A stretch of DNA of 64,000 bases from the NCBI GenBank assembly GCA_031411295.1, contig JANOAV010000101.1, forward strand, positions 34,651 through 98,650, written 5' to 3'. The translations under genes and the position numbers were made by a program. Positions 47,402-56,417 of the stretch are shown here, one piece after another. The notes beneath the pieces were generated by a model. The model saw only the letters and a program-made list of their open reading frames with translations, had not been told where the DNA came from and did no database searches. Position 1 is the first letter of the stretch; each line of letters begins with the position of its first letter. This DNA is from Verrucomicrobiales bacterium (GTDB lineage: Bacteria > Verrucomicrobiota > Verrucomicrobiia > Verrucomicrobiales > V1-33).

Positions 47402-49324
47402 TTAATCGGTTGGGCGAGCCACGCGACTGGCCAACTCCGAAAGTTGTTCCACTGCTTCGGCTAGTTCCGTGGGGGATATCCCCAATTCGGCATACCAATG
47501 TTGATAGGCCTTACGCTGAAGTAATTGTGTGGCTTGGCGGGAGAAAATTTCCAATCGGGCCCCGAGATCACCCGCTTCGGTCAACAGGGTGAGGGTTTCG
47601 AAGCCGTTGGGGATTCTGTCCGAGGTGATGCGAAACTTGGCTTCGCTGCCGGCCAGGATTTTTGATGTCCCCCAAATGTCCTCGACTTGCCGAGTTCGCA
47701 GGAAGAGCGCTGCTCGGGGGATCGATTTTTTGTGACCTGATTTAAGGAGCGCAATGCAGGATTTAACCAATTCAGCGGCGGTCACTAAATTCTTCTTGGG
47801 GTTAATGCGTAGCTGTAACGGAGAGAATTGTGGCCAGAAGAAGGTGGTTTTCCCGGTCGATTCTCCGTTGGTTAGGGCTTGGATCCAGTCCGCCAATGAA
47901 ATCGGAGCGGAATCTCCCCCAGGAAACCGTAATGGACTAGTGAGGCTGCACAATACACTGGATATCAATCGGTTGGGGGCTGTTTCCACTTCTCGAACGG
48001 GTAATTTCCAGAGTTTCACGGCCTGTTCCTGGAGGGAGGTAGGGTCGAAAACGAGCGCCAATTGCGTGCACATTTCCACCGCCTGAAGACTCAGGGCGAC
48101 GTTGTAGGGAGCAGTGACACTGTGGCTGAGGTCCGGATCCGGGATGGGGCACACCGATACGAGGGGGCAGGGTTGGAGCCTGGCCTTCAATCGCCTCAGC
48201 AGTTGTTGCGCTAAACCGCCTCCGGTCCCTCCTTCGAGTGAATGCATCAGGAAGACTCCTGAAATGCCGCCGACATCCTGGGAATGTCTTTCCAGAATAT
48301 TCTCGATTCCGGTGAGCAGCTTCTGGGCGCCTGGGTGCTCGGAGCCAGCGAAAACGTTGGAGCTGCCTTGTTCATCCGTAAAAAACGCTCCGGTGTGGAA
48401 CAGGTCGGCGTTGAGCGAGGCTAGCTGAGAAATACTCTCGGAGTCGAGGTCGGCAAAAATCGCCCGGGGCACATACTTTTCTGGGCCGTTCATTTGGGGC
48501 ACGCGCCGGAAAAACCCCTGCCAATTCCCGGTGGCTGCCCCGTAAAGCGCCAATCCAGTCTGAGGGTCGATCCCATGCTCCTGCGCCAAGTCCTGCCACC
48601 AACTCCGCGCCATTTTACAACCGGCCGTGCCCAACCCGACCACGAAGTAACCCGCCGGAATTAAATCCATATTCGTCGGCGTTGGAGCGGGCGGTGGTGT
48701 GCCCGGAGACCAGCTTGGCAGTGTTTGTAAACTGATCGTCAGCCGACTCCTCGGTCCCAGTGGCAAGCTGGGGTGGAATCCAAGCGCCAAGTGCTGCGGT
48801 AGTTCGATCTTTTTCCAACTACCAATGTCCGTGGAAAGTGTTTCAACTGTCTGAAAAGGAACGAGTTGACGATTAATCGAATCTTCGAGTTTCAGCTTGG
48901 TGCGCACTCGTTCCATGGCCTCGATGATCTGGGTGCGGGCTGTAACTAGGGCTCCGTCGCCCGACTTTTGGGCTGCTTCCAGGAGCCATTCCAGCCAGCG
49001 GGAGACGCCCTCGGCCGCTCCGCTGGGTTTACTGCGGCGTTGTTTTAGTTTCTGCCAGGCTTGGAAGGAGGTGGCAGTGAATTTCTGACCGTCCACCGTG
49101 CGCGCTTTACCCTCGCTTCCTTTTAAGAGTTCGGACTCAGCGCATCCGGTTGCTTCGGCAATCCGGGCTGCCAAGCTTGCGGTTAGCTTTAGTTTCCCGC
49201 CTTCCAACGCCTGAATTGTCGGCATGGAAACTCCAACTAGTTGAGCGAAAGCGGTTTGCGTAAGATTTCCCGCCGCAACTCGAATGTCGCGCAGCGGATG
49301 CGGGGCTTTGGGTGGACGGGGCAT
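47402..49324 (-). CDS. XRE-type HTH fused to a divergent BtubA-like tubulin domain
   Basis: N-terminal LRDIR...LTQTAFAQLVGVSMPTIQALEGG (XRE HTH); C-terminal EHGIDPQTG, GNWQGFF, YVPRAIFADLD, HSLEGGTGGG, APYN, SPLRFPG, QRKAYQHWY. Confidence 0.88.
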   Translation of the reverse strand: MPRPPKAPHPLRDIRVAAGNLTQTAFAQLVGVSMPTIQALEGGKLKLTASLAARIAEATGCAESELLKGSEGKARTVDGQKFTATSFQAWQKLKQRRSKPSGAAEGVSRWLEWLLEAAQKSGDGALVTARTQIIEAMERVRTKLKLEDSINRQLVPFQTVETLSTDIGSWKKIELPQHLALGFHPSLPLGPRSRLTISLQTLPSWSPGTPPPAPTPTNMDLIPAGYFVVGLGTAGCKMARSWWQDLAQEHGIDPQTGLALYGAATGNWQGFFRRVPQMNGPEKYVPRAIFADLDSESISQLASLNADLFHTGAFFTDEQGSSNVFAGSEHPGAQKLLTGIENILERHSQDVGGISGVFLMHSLEGGTGGGLAQQLLRRLKARLQPCPLVSVCPIPDPDLSHSVTAPYNVALSLQAVEMCTQLALVFDPTSLQEQAVKLWKLPVREVETAPNRLISSVLCSLTSPLRFPGGDSAPISLADWIQALTNGESTGKTTFFWPQFSPLQLRINPKKNLVTAAELVKSCIALLKSGHKKSIPRAALFLRTRQVEDIWGTSKILAGSEAKFRITSDRIPNGFETLTLLTEAGDLGARLEIFSRQATQLLQRKAYQHWYAELGISPTELAEAVEQLSELASRVARPTD

Positions 49325-49463
49325 AGTGACAAGCACTTTGCGTAGTGCTATGCAAAATGCAAGTTTTTAAATTTTCGATGTCAGAAACCAGTCTGATTTC
49401 AATCGAGTAACGCAAATACATAGTAGTATGCATCACGGGATGCTTTGATGCGTAGTTCCGTGC
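49321..49463. promoter_or_regulatory. Cluster of four operator-like palindromes (approx. GCRTA-GTNN-YRTGC) over the HTH-tubulin start and promoter
   Basis: GCATAGTGACAAGC (49321), GCGTAGTGCTATGC (49340), ACATAGTAGTATGC (49418), GCGTAGTTCCGTGC (49450). Confidence 0.5.
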
Positions 49464-49543
49464 CCTCTGGCGTGATTCGGTCGATCTATCGGAGGAGGCA
49501 GGAATCGCTGACGCCGCTGGCGGGGCAACCAATGGCGCTGCTG

Positions 49544-51508
49544 CTACCGTAGCTTCTTCTGTCTTAACTTCTGACCGTCTTCGTGGAGGTTATTAAGGAG
49601 ATAGACTTCGTAGGTCGTCATTTCCTCCAGGCCGGGAAGCCGTTGCTCAAGTTTGAAATTCCCCGTTTCTTCCAGCATCGTGCGGAGATCGCGCGCGAGT
49701 TCTGGTTTCTTGCCCGGGTTGCGATCACAGAAATACACCGCCAGCGGTCGTTGCTCCTGGCGTGCGGTTTCGATGAGAGTTGTTAGTTGCTCGGCGGATT
49801 TCAGCACGATGGCCCGAGGGTCGTAAGTATGGATTTGGTCCGCGCTGGTGGAGAAGACGGCTGTCAGGGCTTTGGCATCCGCCCCGACGATGGTGGTTTT
49901 CTCATTGCGGGCCCACTGGGCAGCTTCCCGCATGGGTTGCCGCGGGGCGGTCCGGAGGAGGTTGCGCGGGGTTTCGGTAGCGATGAAATAGACTCCCACT
50001 GCGATAAATGGCAGCAACTGGAGGCGACGCGGTGCCAGCATGGCTACATAGGGCAGGGCCAAGCAGAACAGGGGCAGGGTGTAGAGCAGATACCAAGAGA
50101 GGAAGGGACCGGAGGAAAGTTTCGCGTGAATGGCGGCAAGGATGGCACCGAGCAGCAGGGGCGCAGCGATGAGTCGGCCGCGCCAATCGCGCAGGAACAT
50201 GATGCTGAGCCCGAGCAGGAACCAGAGGGGCAGGAGCCAAGTTAGGAATGGTTTGAGCCAGGTGGAGGTTTGCGCCAGGGACTCGACGGTGGCCGCGTTG
50301 GAAAGGTCGATAGGCTGATTCCACATCAGGCCGGTGGTGAGGTGGGACCAAAAGTCGATCATCCATTCGCCATCGACGGGGATATTTCCCTGCTGGTTCT
50401 TGGGATCAGCCACGTAGGCCAGAATTTGCAGCAGGGAGGGCGTTAGTAGAATGGCCAAAGGAAGGGCGGAAAAGACATTGGCCACGCCAAGGCGCAAGGC
50501 GTTGGCGAGCGGATCACGCTGGATTCGCCAAATGGCCATGAGCGCGACCAGATTCATCGCTGCCGCGACATAGATGGACCCTGCGAAGCACAATAAATAC
50601 CAGGCTTGGGCCAAAGCGAACGCCAGCCACCAGCGCCAACGCCCTGTTTCCAAGGCCCGGAGCAGGCTGCCGAGCGCCAGCAGCATCATCAATAACATGG
50701 TGGAGTAGCCACGGATCTCCACGGAATAACGGAAATGCCAGGGAGACAATGCCAGCAACAGGGCTGCGGCCAAGCCGACGCGAGGCGCGCCCAGCAACCA
50801 GCCCAGCCAGCCGACGGCCATGACGCTGAGGGCTGCGCTGAGCAGGGGAAAGGTTCTCGCAGCAGATTCTTGAAAGGCGGGAACTCCTGGAGGTGAACCG
50901 GCCGCGGGTTGGTTGAAAAGCGCCATTCCAAGCCTGGTCTCGATGGTCGAGCCCACTTGGTTATTGGCCTTCTCATTTTCAAACAGGGCCTGCCCCCAAC
51001 CGATGGGCGTATGTTGCAGCGAGCCATCCGGCTGCACTTGGACTTCACCCCAGACATATTTCCGGAAGGCCATTTCCTCGTCGTTGGTGAAACTATGGCT
51101 TAGCCGTGGACTGCGCAGGAACCACGCGGCTCCTGCTGCGACAAGGAGCGCCAGAATGTAAAGTCGGCGGGCCATCTGCGGGTGACGCGGCCGGATTTGA
51201 TCACTGAGGACTGCCCGGCAGGGTTTGATCCACCAACGGGCGCAGCCAAGCACGAGGATGAGCATCCCCGTGAGGCCCACCATACCCCAGCCGATTCCGA
51301 GTTGACGATACTGCTGCCAGTTGAGTTCCGTTTTGCGCGCCAGTTTCTTTTGCAGAGCCTGTTCCCATGGACCGCCCGTGGCCAGGAGCCAAATGATGAC
51401 AGCCAGCAAAAGGACGAGCAACACAGCCAGCACCGCCGTGGTGGCGGGGCCAGCGATGTTATGCAAATTACGCAGACGCTCGCGGGAAAATTTTTGGGTC
51501 AGGGCCAT
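49544..51508 (-). CDS. GT-C fold membrane glycosyltransferase (GT39/PMT-like)
   Basis: SFTNDE, KANNQ, HFRYSVEIRGYS; multi-TM; paralog of the 21-25 kb pair. Confidence 0.75.
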   Translation of the reverse strand: MALTQKFSRERLRNLHNIAGPATTAVLAVLLVLLLAVIIWLLATGGPWEQALQKKLARKTELNWQQYRQLGIGWGMVGLTGMLILVLGCARWWIKPCRAVLSDQIRPRHPQMARRLYILALLVAAGAAWFLRSPRLSHSFTNDEEMAFRKYVWGEVQVQPDGSLQHTPIGWGQALFENEKANNQVGSTIETRLGMALFNQPAAGSPPGVPAFQESAARTFPLLSAALSVMAVGWLGWLLGAPRVGLAAALLLALSPWHFRYSVEIRGYSTMLLMMLLALGSLLRALETGRWRWWLAFALAQAWYLLCFAGSIYVAAAMNLVALMAIWRIQRDPLANALRLGVANVFSALPLAILLTPSLLQILAYVADPKNQQGNIPVDGEWMIDFWSHLTTGLMWNQPIDLSNAATVESLAQTSTWLKPFLTWLLPLWFLLGLSIMFLRDWRGRLIAAPLLLGAILAAIHAKLSSGPFLSWYLLYTLPLFCLALPYVAMLAPRRLQLLPFIAVGVYFIATETPRNLLRTAPRQPMREAAQWARNEKTTIVGADAKALTAVFSTSADQIHTYDPRAIVLKSAEQLTTLIETARQEQRPLAVYFCDRNPGKKPELARDLRTMLEETGNFKLEQRLPGLEEMTTYEVYLLNNLHEDGQKLRQKKLR

Positions 51509-51577
51509 GCGCACTCTCTGCGCCGAATGCGCGAGTTGGCAAGGGGCGGGTTTCGCGATGGACAGGGATCCAGTCGA

Positions 51578-53812
51578 TTACTTCCGTCCACCGAAGAGCA
51601 GGCGCAGGCTGTTTAAACAGACGAGCACCGTGCTACCTTCATGGGCCATGACGCCCAGCGTGAGCGGCACTTGGCCAATTAGGGAGGCGATCACCATCAG
51701 CAAGACCGTGCCCAGTGAGATGGCTAAATTTTGCCGGATGACGGTGCGCGCGCGTTGGCTGAGTTCCAAGGCATCCACAAATTTATCGATCCGATCATTC
51801 ATCAACGCCAGATCTGATTGTTCCAAGGCGGCATCGCTGCCCCGTCCGCCCATGGCCACGCTGACGTAAGCTGCGGCCAGGCTGGGGGCATCGTTCACGC
51901 CATCGCCTATCATGGCGACCTTGTGCCCTGCCTTGCCCAGATCGGTGATGATCTGAAGTTTGTCCTCCGGGCTCAGGCCGGCCCGGACTTCTTGCAGCCC
52001 CAGTTCTTTGGCCACATTTTCCGCCGCCGAACGTCGATCACCTGTGAGCATGATCGTGTGCAGCTTCTTCTGATGCAGGGTCGCGAGCACGGCCTTGGAT
52101 TCCTCACGAATGGTATCCTGCAGTAGCAATCGACCTAACAATGTGCCCTGCACGATCCACACTTCGGTGAACGAAACAGGCGCATCAGGCACTTTGGTTA
52201 GCCAGCGCGCGAATTCGCCTTGCTGCAAAAGCTCGCGTCGTCCCAGATAGGTCACTTGCCCATCGATTTGGGCCCGCAATCCCAATCCGGTTAGGGAGGT
52301 GAAGTCCGTCATTGTCGAAACGGAGTAATTGTGTGCCTTGCCGTAAGCGGTGATGGCGCGAGCCAGCGGATGGTTCGAGGCCGATTCCATGCTGAAGGCG
52401 ATTTTTGCCACGTCTTCCTCCCGGCCCGGCGGGAAACTTTCCACCGCTTCCACGCGGGGTTCGCCCATCGTGAGGGTGCCGGTTTTGTCCATCGCCACAG
52501 TATCGATTTCGGCTAGTTTCTCAATGGCGGCACCGCCGCGGAACAGAATTCCGCGGCGCGCCCCACTGGCGATGGCTGCCAGGATCGCGCTGGGGATGCT
52601 CAGCACTAACGCGCAGGGACTGGCGACGACGAGTAATGTCATGGCGCGGTAGAAGGCGGATTTTTGGCCCTCCAGATTATCGAACGCAGGCAAATGGAAT
52701 CCGAGCCACCACACGAAGAACATCACGAGCGTCAGGCCCAGAATACCGAGGGTATATCCGGTGCCGAAGCGATCGGTGAAGCGCTGGCTGGGAGCGCGTT
52801 GGTGTTGGGCATGCTGAATCAGGGTAATGATTTTCTGCAAAGCAGACTCCTTGGCCAGGCGGGTCACTTTAACGGTCACGGCCCCCCAAAGATTCAGGGT
52901 GCCGCTCAGCACGGAATCTCCGAGATTTTTTTCCACCGCCACGCTCTCACCGGTTAGGTTGGATTCATCCGAGGCCGTTTTGCCCTCCTTGATATCCCCA
53001 TCGGCCGGGTAAATTTCGTCTGGCTTCACCAGGATGAGATCGCCTGGCACCAGAAGCGACACGGGTTTCGGCAGCGTGGAGCCATCCGGCTGAAGGACAT
53101 TAGCGGTCTTGGGAGCGCCTTTGGTGAGCGCATTTATTTCCTTGTGCGTGCGGTGCAGGGCATAGTGCTCCATGGCTCCAGAGGACGAAAAGAGGAAAAG
53201 CAGGAGTGCTCCTTCGGTCCAGGCACCTACGGTGACTGCGCCCACCGCCACGGCCAGCATGAGGAAATGAACATCGAGCCGATGCTCTTTGAGGTTTTCC
53301 CAAGCATCCTTGGCTGCGTCCCAGCCGCCGCTGATGAGGGCAATTAAGTAGCTGAGTCGGGACAACCACCACGGGCCAATCTGCCAGTGTTCCAGTGCCC
53401 AGCCAACTGCTAGTCCCAAGCCACAGATGGTCGCCTGGAGTGCCATGAGCTTCCACTCTTCGGCACTCTGTTGTTCCAGCTCTTCGGGACTGGGCCAGGT
53501 GAAATCCCGCCATTGCCAAAGCCGGGGAGCCGTGGGGCAACTGGGCTTTTCCAAGAGGGTCTGGGATGGCAGGGCTTTGAGCATGACCCCTCCCTCCATG
53601 GTATCATGATCCGGCAGTGCCAGGGTGGATTTATCCAAGGAAGTCAATACGGCGGACAGTCGTTCCTGTAATGCCACCGAGTCCACATGACCAAGCGTGG
53701 CCAAGGAAACGCTGCGCTCTTCGGGATTCAAGAGGATGGCTTCCACGCCAGATTCATGGCGCAAAAACTCCGTCAGCGTGGTGATCCAAGAAGGCAGCGG
53801 TGAGTGGGACAT
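51578..53812 (-). CDS. Heavy-metal P1B-type ATPase (P1B-4-like)
   Basis: LTGES, SPC metal motif, DKTGTLT, HP, GDGVNDAP, HEGST; SPC plus HEG[ST] is typical of P1B-4 (Co/Zn/Fe). Confidence 0.93.
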   Translation of the reverse strand: MSHSPLPSWITTLTEFLRHESGVEAILLNPEERSVSLATLGHVDSVALQERLSAVLTSLDKSTLALPDHDTMEGGVMLKALPSQTLLEKPSCPTAPRLWQWRDFTWPSPEELEQQSAEEWKLMALQATICGLGLAVGWALEHWQIGPWWLSRLSYLIALISGGWDAAKDAWENLKEHRLDVHFLMLAVAVGAVTVGAWTEGALLLFLFSSSGAMEHYALHRTHKEINALTKGAPKTANVLQPDGSTLPKPVSLLVPGDLILVKPDEIYPADGDIKEGKTASDESNLTGESVAVEKNLGDSVLSGTLNLWGAVTVKVTRLAKESALQKIITLIQHAQHQRAPSQRFTDRFGTGYTLGILGLTLVMFFVWWLGFHLPAFDNLEGQKSAFYRAMTLLVVASPCALVLSIPSAILAAIASGARRGILFRGGAAIEKLAEIDTVAMDKTGTLTMGEPRVEAVESFPPGREEDVAKIAFSMESASNHPLARAITAYGKAHNYSVSTMTDFTSLTGLGLRAQIDGQVTYLGRRELLQQGEFARWLTKVPDAPVSFTEVWIVQGTLLGRLLLQDTIREESKAVLATLHQKKLHTIMLTGDRRSAAENVAKELGLQEVRAGLSPEDKLQIITDLGKAGHKVAMIGDGVNDAPSLAAAYVSVAMGGRGSDAALEQSDLALMNDRIDKFVDALELSQRARTVIRQNLAISLGTVLLMVIASLIGQVPLTLGVMAHEGSTVLVCLNSLRLLFGGRK

Positions 53813-53971
53813 GGACGGTGGAAATTTACAGGAGAGGGAAATCAGCCGGTGCTGAGCCCATGAGTTTACGTGGCAGCGAGAAAACTGCAAGATTTGCCCA
53901 TGACCGCAAGCGCTCTGATGGCAAATTCAAGGATCGTCATCTTGACTGGCGAACGTTGCCTGGCAGCCCGG

Positions 53972-54622
53972 CTATTTCTCCACCTTCAACGCAGCTGCAT
54001 CTTGCAGGGCTTCCTGCCGATCCAGCATGATGCTTTTGACCCACGCAGAAATGCTCTCGCCATTGTGATCCGACGAATGGCGAGCCCAAGCTCCGCCGGT
54101 GAACGCAAAAGCGCAAAGCAGACCCACGAGCAAAATTGCAAAGCAACCGTCGGCAGCACCCACCTGGCCAGCAACGGGAGCTGCCCGGCCGACAGGAAAG
54201 GGCTGACGACCGGGGACGGCACCAGCCGCACGTGGCACGGGCACCGGGATCGGGGCGACTGGAGGTGGCGCCATTGGCGGCGGAGCGGTGTAGATCTGCG
54301 TTGCCTGATCGTCGCTGCGTGGAGCACTGACGAATTCGGATTCATAGAACCCTCCGATATCGCCAAACTGGACGACATCTCCCTGGCGCAACACCACAGT
54401 CTGCACGATTTGACCATTGACCCGGGTATGATTCGTGGAGTCCAGATCCGTCATGGAGAAGTCTCCTGACTCTGTTTGCTTGAGCACGGCGTGGTGATTC
54501 GAGCTTGAGCCTCCCGGCAGCACGATATCGTTGTTCTCGGCCCGGCCGATAGTAAAGTTGCGACCATTCAGTCCGTATTTGACCGTGGTGCCGTCTGGAT
54601 TGGTAATGAGGAGTTTCGGCAT
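53972..54622 (-). CDS. FHA domain protein with Pro-rich linker and TM helix
   Basis: TIGR..NDIVL...SS.HHA...DLDSTNHTRVNG. Confidence 0.9.
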   Translation of the reverse strand: MPKLLITNPDGTTVKYGLNGRNFTIGRAENNDIVLPGGSSSNHHAVLKQTESGDFSMTDLDSTNHTRVNGQIVQTVVLRQGDVVQFGDIGGFYESEFVSAPRSDDQATQIYTAPPPMAPPPVAPIPVPVPRAAGAVPGRQPFPVGRAAPVAGQVGAADGCFAILLVGLLCAFAFTGGAWARHSSDHNGESISAWVKSIMLDRQEALQDAAALKVEK

Positions 54623-54678
54623 GAAAATTAATTAAGAGATATTATTCTTTTGCCACGACTTTTGCAGAAAGGCAAGCG

Positions 54679-56115
54679 TCACTGAAAGCGAACTTCAATG
54701 CGGTAAAATTTCCGGCCCGGGGAAACGATCGCATCGTCTGCGGAAGCGGCATAAGTTCCCGGGGCCACCGTGACCGGGATGGTGGGGGTGGAAACCCAGG
54801 GACCGCTGAGATTGGTCGCCTGCTGCACCGTGTAAGCGTAGCCCGCCCGCCCCTGCCAGTTTAGCCGAATCCCATTCACAGTGCGGGTGGTGGTCAGGTT
54901 CTGCACCGCCTGATCCGATACTGGATTGAGCGCCAGGTCTAAATACACCGGGCGGTGGTCGAACGCCGTCACCAAGGGAGTCGCCAAATCCGGAGGCTCC
55001 GGCCAGTAAACTCCCCCCGCCAGCACCCGTAGGCCACAAATTGATGGCAGCACGTAATCGACCCGCAGCTTGGTGGAGAAATTTCCCGTCAGATAAGCAT
55101 CATCATTCCAATACCCCGTGCCGAAGGCGTGAGTCGGAGTGTAATTTGACCGGCTTGGGGAATAGAGTGAATTGACTTTGGGATGATCCAGTAACTGTTT
55201 GATGGCCTGCAGGTAACTGTCTCCGCGGAACGGATCTGCGTTGTGATCGCCCACGATCACGAATCGCTCGTGCTCGGCCAGTCCGCCACTGACGCCGTTG
55301 TCGTCTCGAATATAGCTGGCCGTGCCTGGGGAAAGATAGTCGGCCCAGAGCCGGATTTCGTCATGATTTCGTTTTCCGTTCCGATCCTCCGCGCCATCGA
55401 ATACGGGCGGCGTGGGATGATGCGCCAGCAGGTGCACGATGTGGCCATCGAAACTGATTGGAACATCCCAGTGGCTCTTCGAGCTGAGGCGAAAGACATT
55501 TAGCATAGCCGGGGAATACCAATCATTGGCCACCGTCGGCGTGGCCGCATCATCCGGCAACACCGCCCCTGGCATGTCCTTCCAGAGGAAATTTTGGAAC
55601 GTGCGAATGGCACTGGTCTGAATGGGGTAACGGGAATAGATTACCATCCCGTATTGCCCTGGCCAACGGCCGAAGCCCAGCGAATCGTCCCCATAGGCGT
55701 CTGTTCCCACCGTCGTCCCGATGCTGCCGGAGCGGTTTAAATCGAAGCCGGAGGGCACCCCCGTATTGACCGCCGCAGTGTAGCGATAGAGGTAAGTAAT
55801 GCCGGCATTGCCGTTCTGCGGCACGCTTAAATAATTCGTCTGAAACAACGACGGATTGTTGTCGGGCTGGGCCGCATCATAGTCGAATTCGTTCAGTAGC
55901 AGGACATGAGGACGGATGCGCTGAATGATTTCCGCAGCTTGCTTGGGCTTGCTGGAAGTCGTGACACTGAGCAGAGTGGATAAGGGCACATTGCCAATGT
56001 CCGTGCGATTCAGTGAGCAATTAAAAGTCGCAAAACGAATCGTCGTCGGAGGCAGCGCCATGACTGACGCCAGCGCGCACCAACTGAATAAAAGGACTGC
56101 GGGGATTGCTTTCAC
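54679..56115 (-). CDS. Secreted endonuclease/exonuclease/phosphatase family protein with C-terminal beta domain
   Basis: RFATFN, LLLNEFD, SSKSHWD, HPTPPVFDG, GDHNAD, RVDYVLP, DHRPV; start moved to GTG (VKAIPAV) because the longer ORF runs through repeats. Confidence 0.85.
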   Translation of the reverse strand: MKAIPAVLLFSWCALASVMALPPTTIRFATFNCSLNRTDIGNVPLSTLLSVTTSSKPKQAAEIIQRIRPHVLLLNEFDYDAAQPDNNPSLFQTNYLSVPQNGNAGITYLYRYTAAVNTGVPSGFDLNRSGSIGTTVGTDAYGDDSLGFGRWPGQYGMVIYSRYPIQTSAIRTFQNFLWKDMPGAVLPDDAATPTVANDWYSPAMLNVFRLSSKSHWDVPISFDGHIVHLLAHHPTPPVFDGAEDRNGKRNHDEIRLWADYLSPGTASYIRDDNGVSGGLAEHERFVIVGDHNADPFRGDSYLQAIKQLLDHPKVNSLYSPSRSNYTPTHAFGTGYWNDDAYLTGNFSTKLRVDYVLPSICGLRVLAGGVYWPEPPDLATPLVTAFDHRPVYLDLALNPVSDQAVQNLTTTRTVNGIRLNWQGRAGYAYTVQQATNLSGPWVSTPTIPVTVAPGTYAASADDAIVSPGRKFYRIEVRFQ

Positions 56116-56200
56116 AAAAGGGGAATAATTCAGCCACACAAAATCAGCAAGTGCCGAAAGGCAACAAGAATGCCAATTAATCACACCGTGGAGGGGAACC

Positions 56201-56388
56201 GTGGAGGGCGAGGTCACGAGACCAGCACCACGCCAAGCCGCCCGCCCCACCATGTCCCCGGTCTCCTCACGTCGCCCTCCACGCCCCTTGGTGCAACGCC
56301 CAAGTGTAGAGGGCGAGGTCACGAGACCAGCGCCACACCCAGCCGAACACCCCCAGCATGTTCCCGGTCTCCTGACGTCGCCCTCCAC
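56201..56388. repeat. Two tandem ~82-83 bp palindromic elements (56201-56282, 56306-56388)
   Basis: GT[G/A]GAGGGCGAGGTCACGAGACC...GGTCTCCT[C/G]ACGTCGCCCTCCAC with variable loops. Confidence 0.88.
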
Positions 56389-56417
56389 GGCTCTTTGGCA
56401 CTGTCAAAGCCACGCTC

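Noticed and set aside
47402..48655. Calling the third tubulin FtsZ or TubZ
   Set aside because: Its motifs (EHGID, YVPRAI, PYN, LRFPG, RKA..WY) match BtubA and eukaryotic tubulin, not FtsZ (no NTD or INxDFAD motifs)
56116..56388. N-terminal 91 aa extension of the 54679-56388 ORF
   Set aside because: It is a read-through of two palindromic repeats; a signal-peptide start lies at GTG 56115
56201..56388. Possible CRISPR array
   Set aside because: Only two units, each a long inverted repeat with a loop; no cas genes and no regular repeat-spacer periodicity
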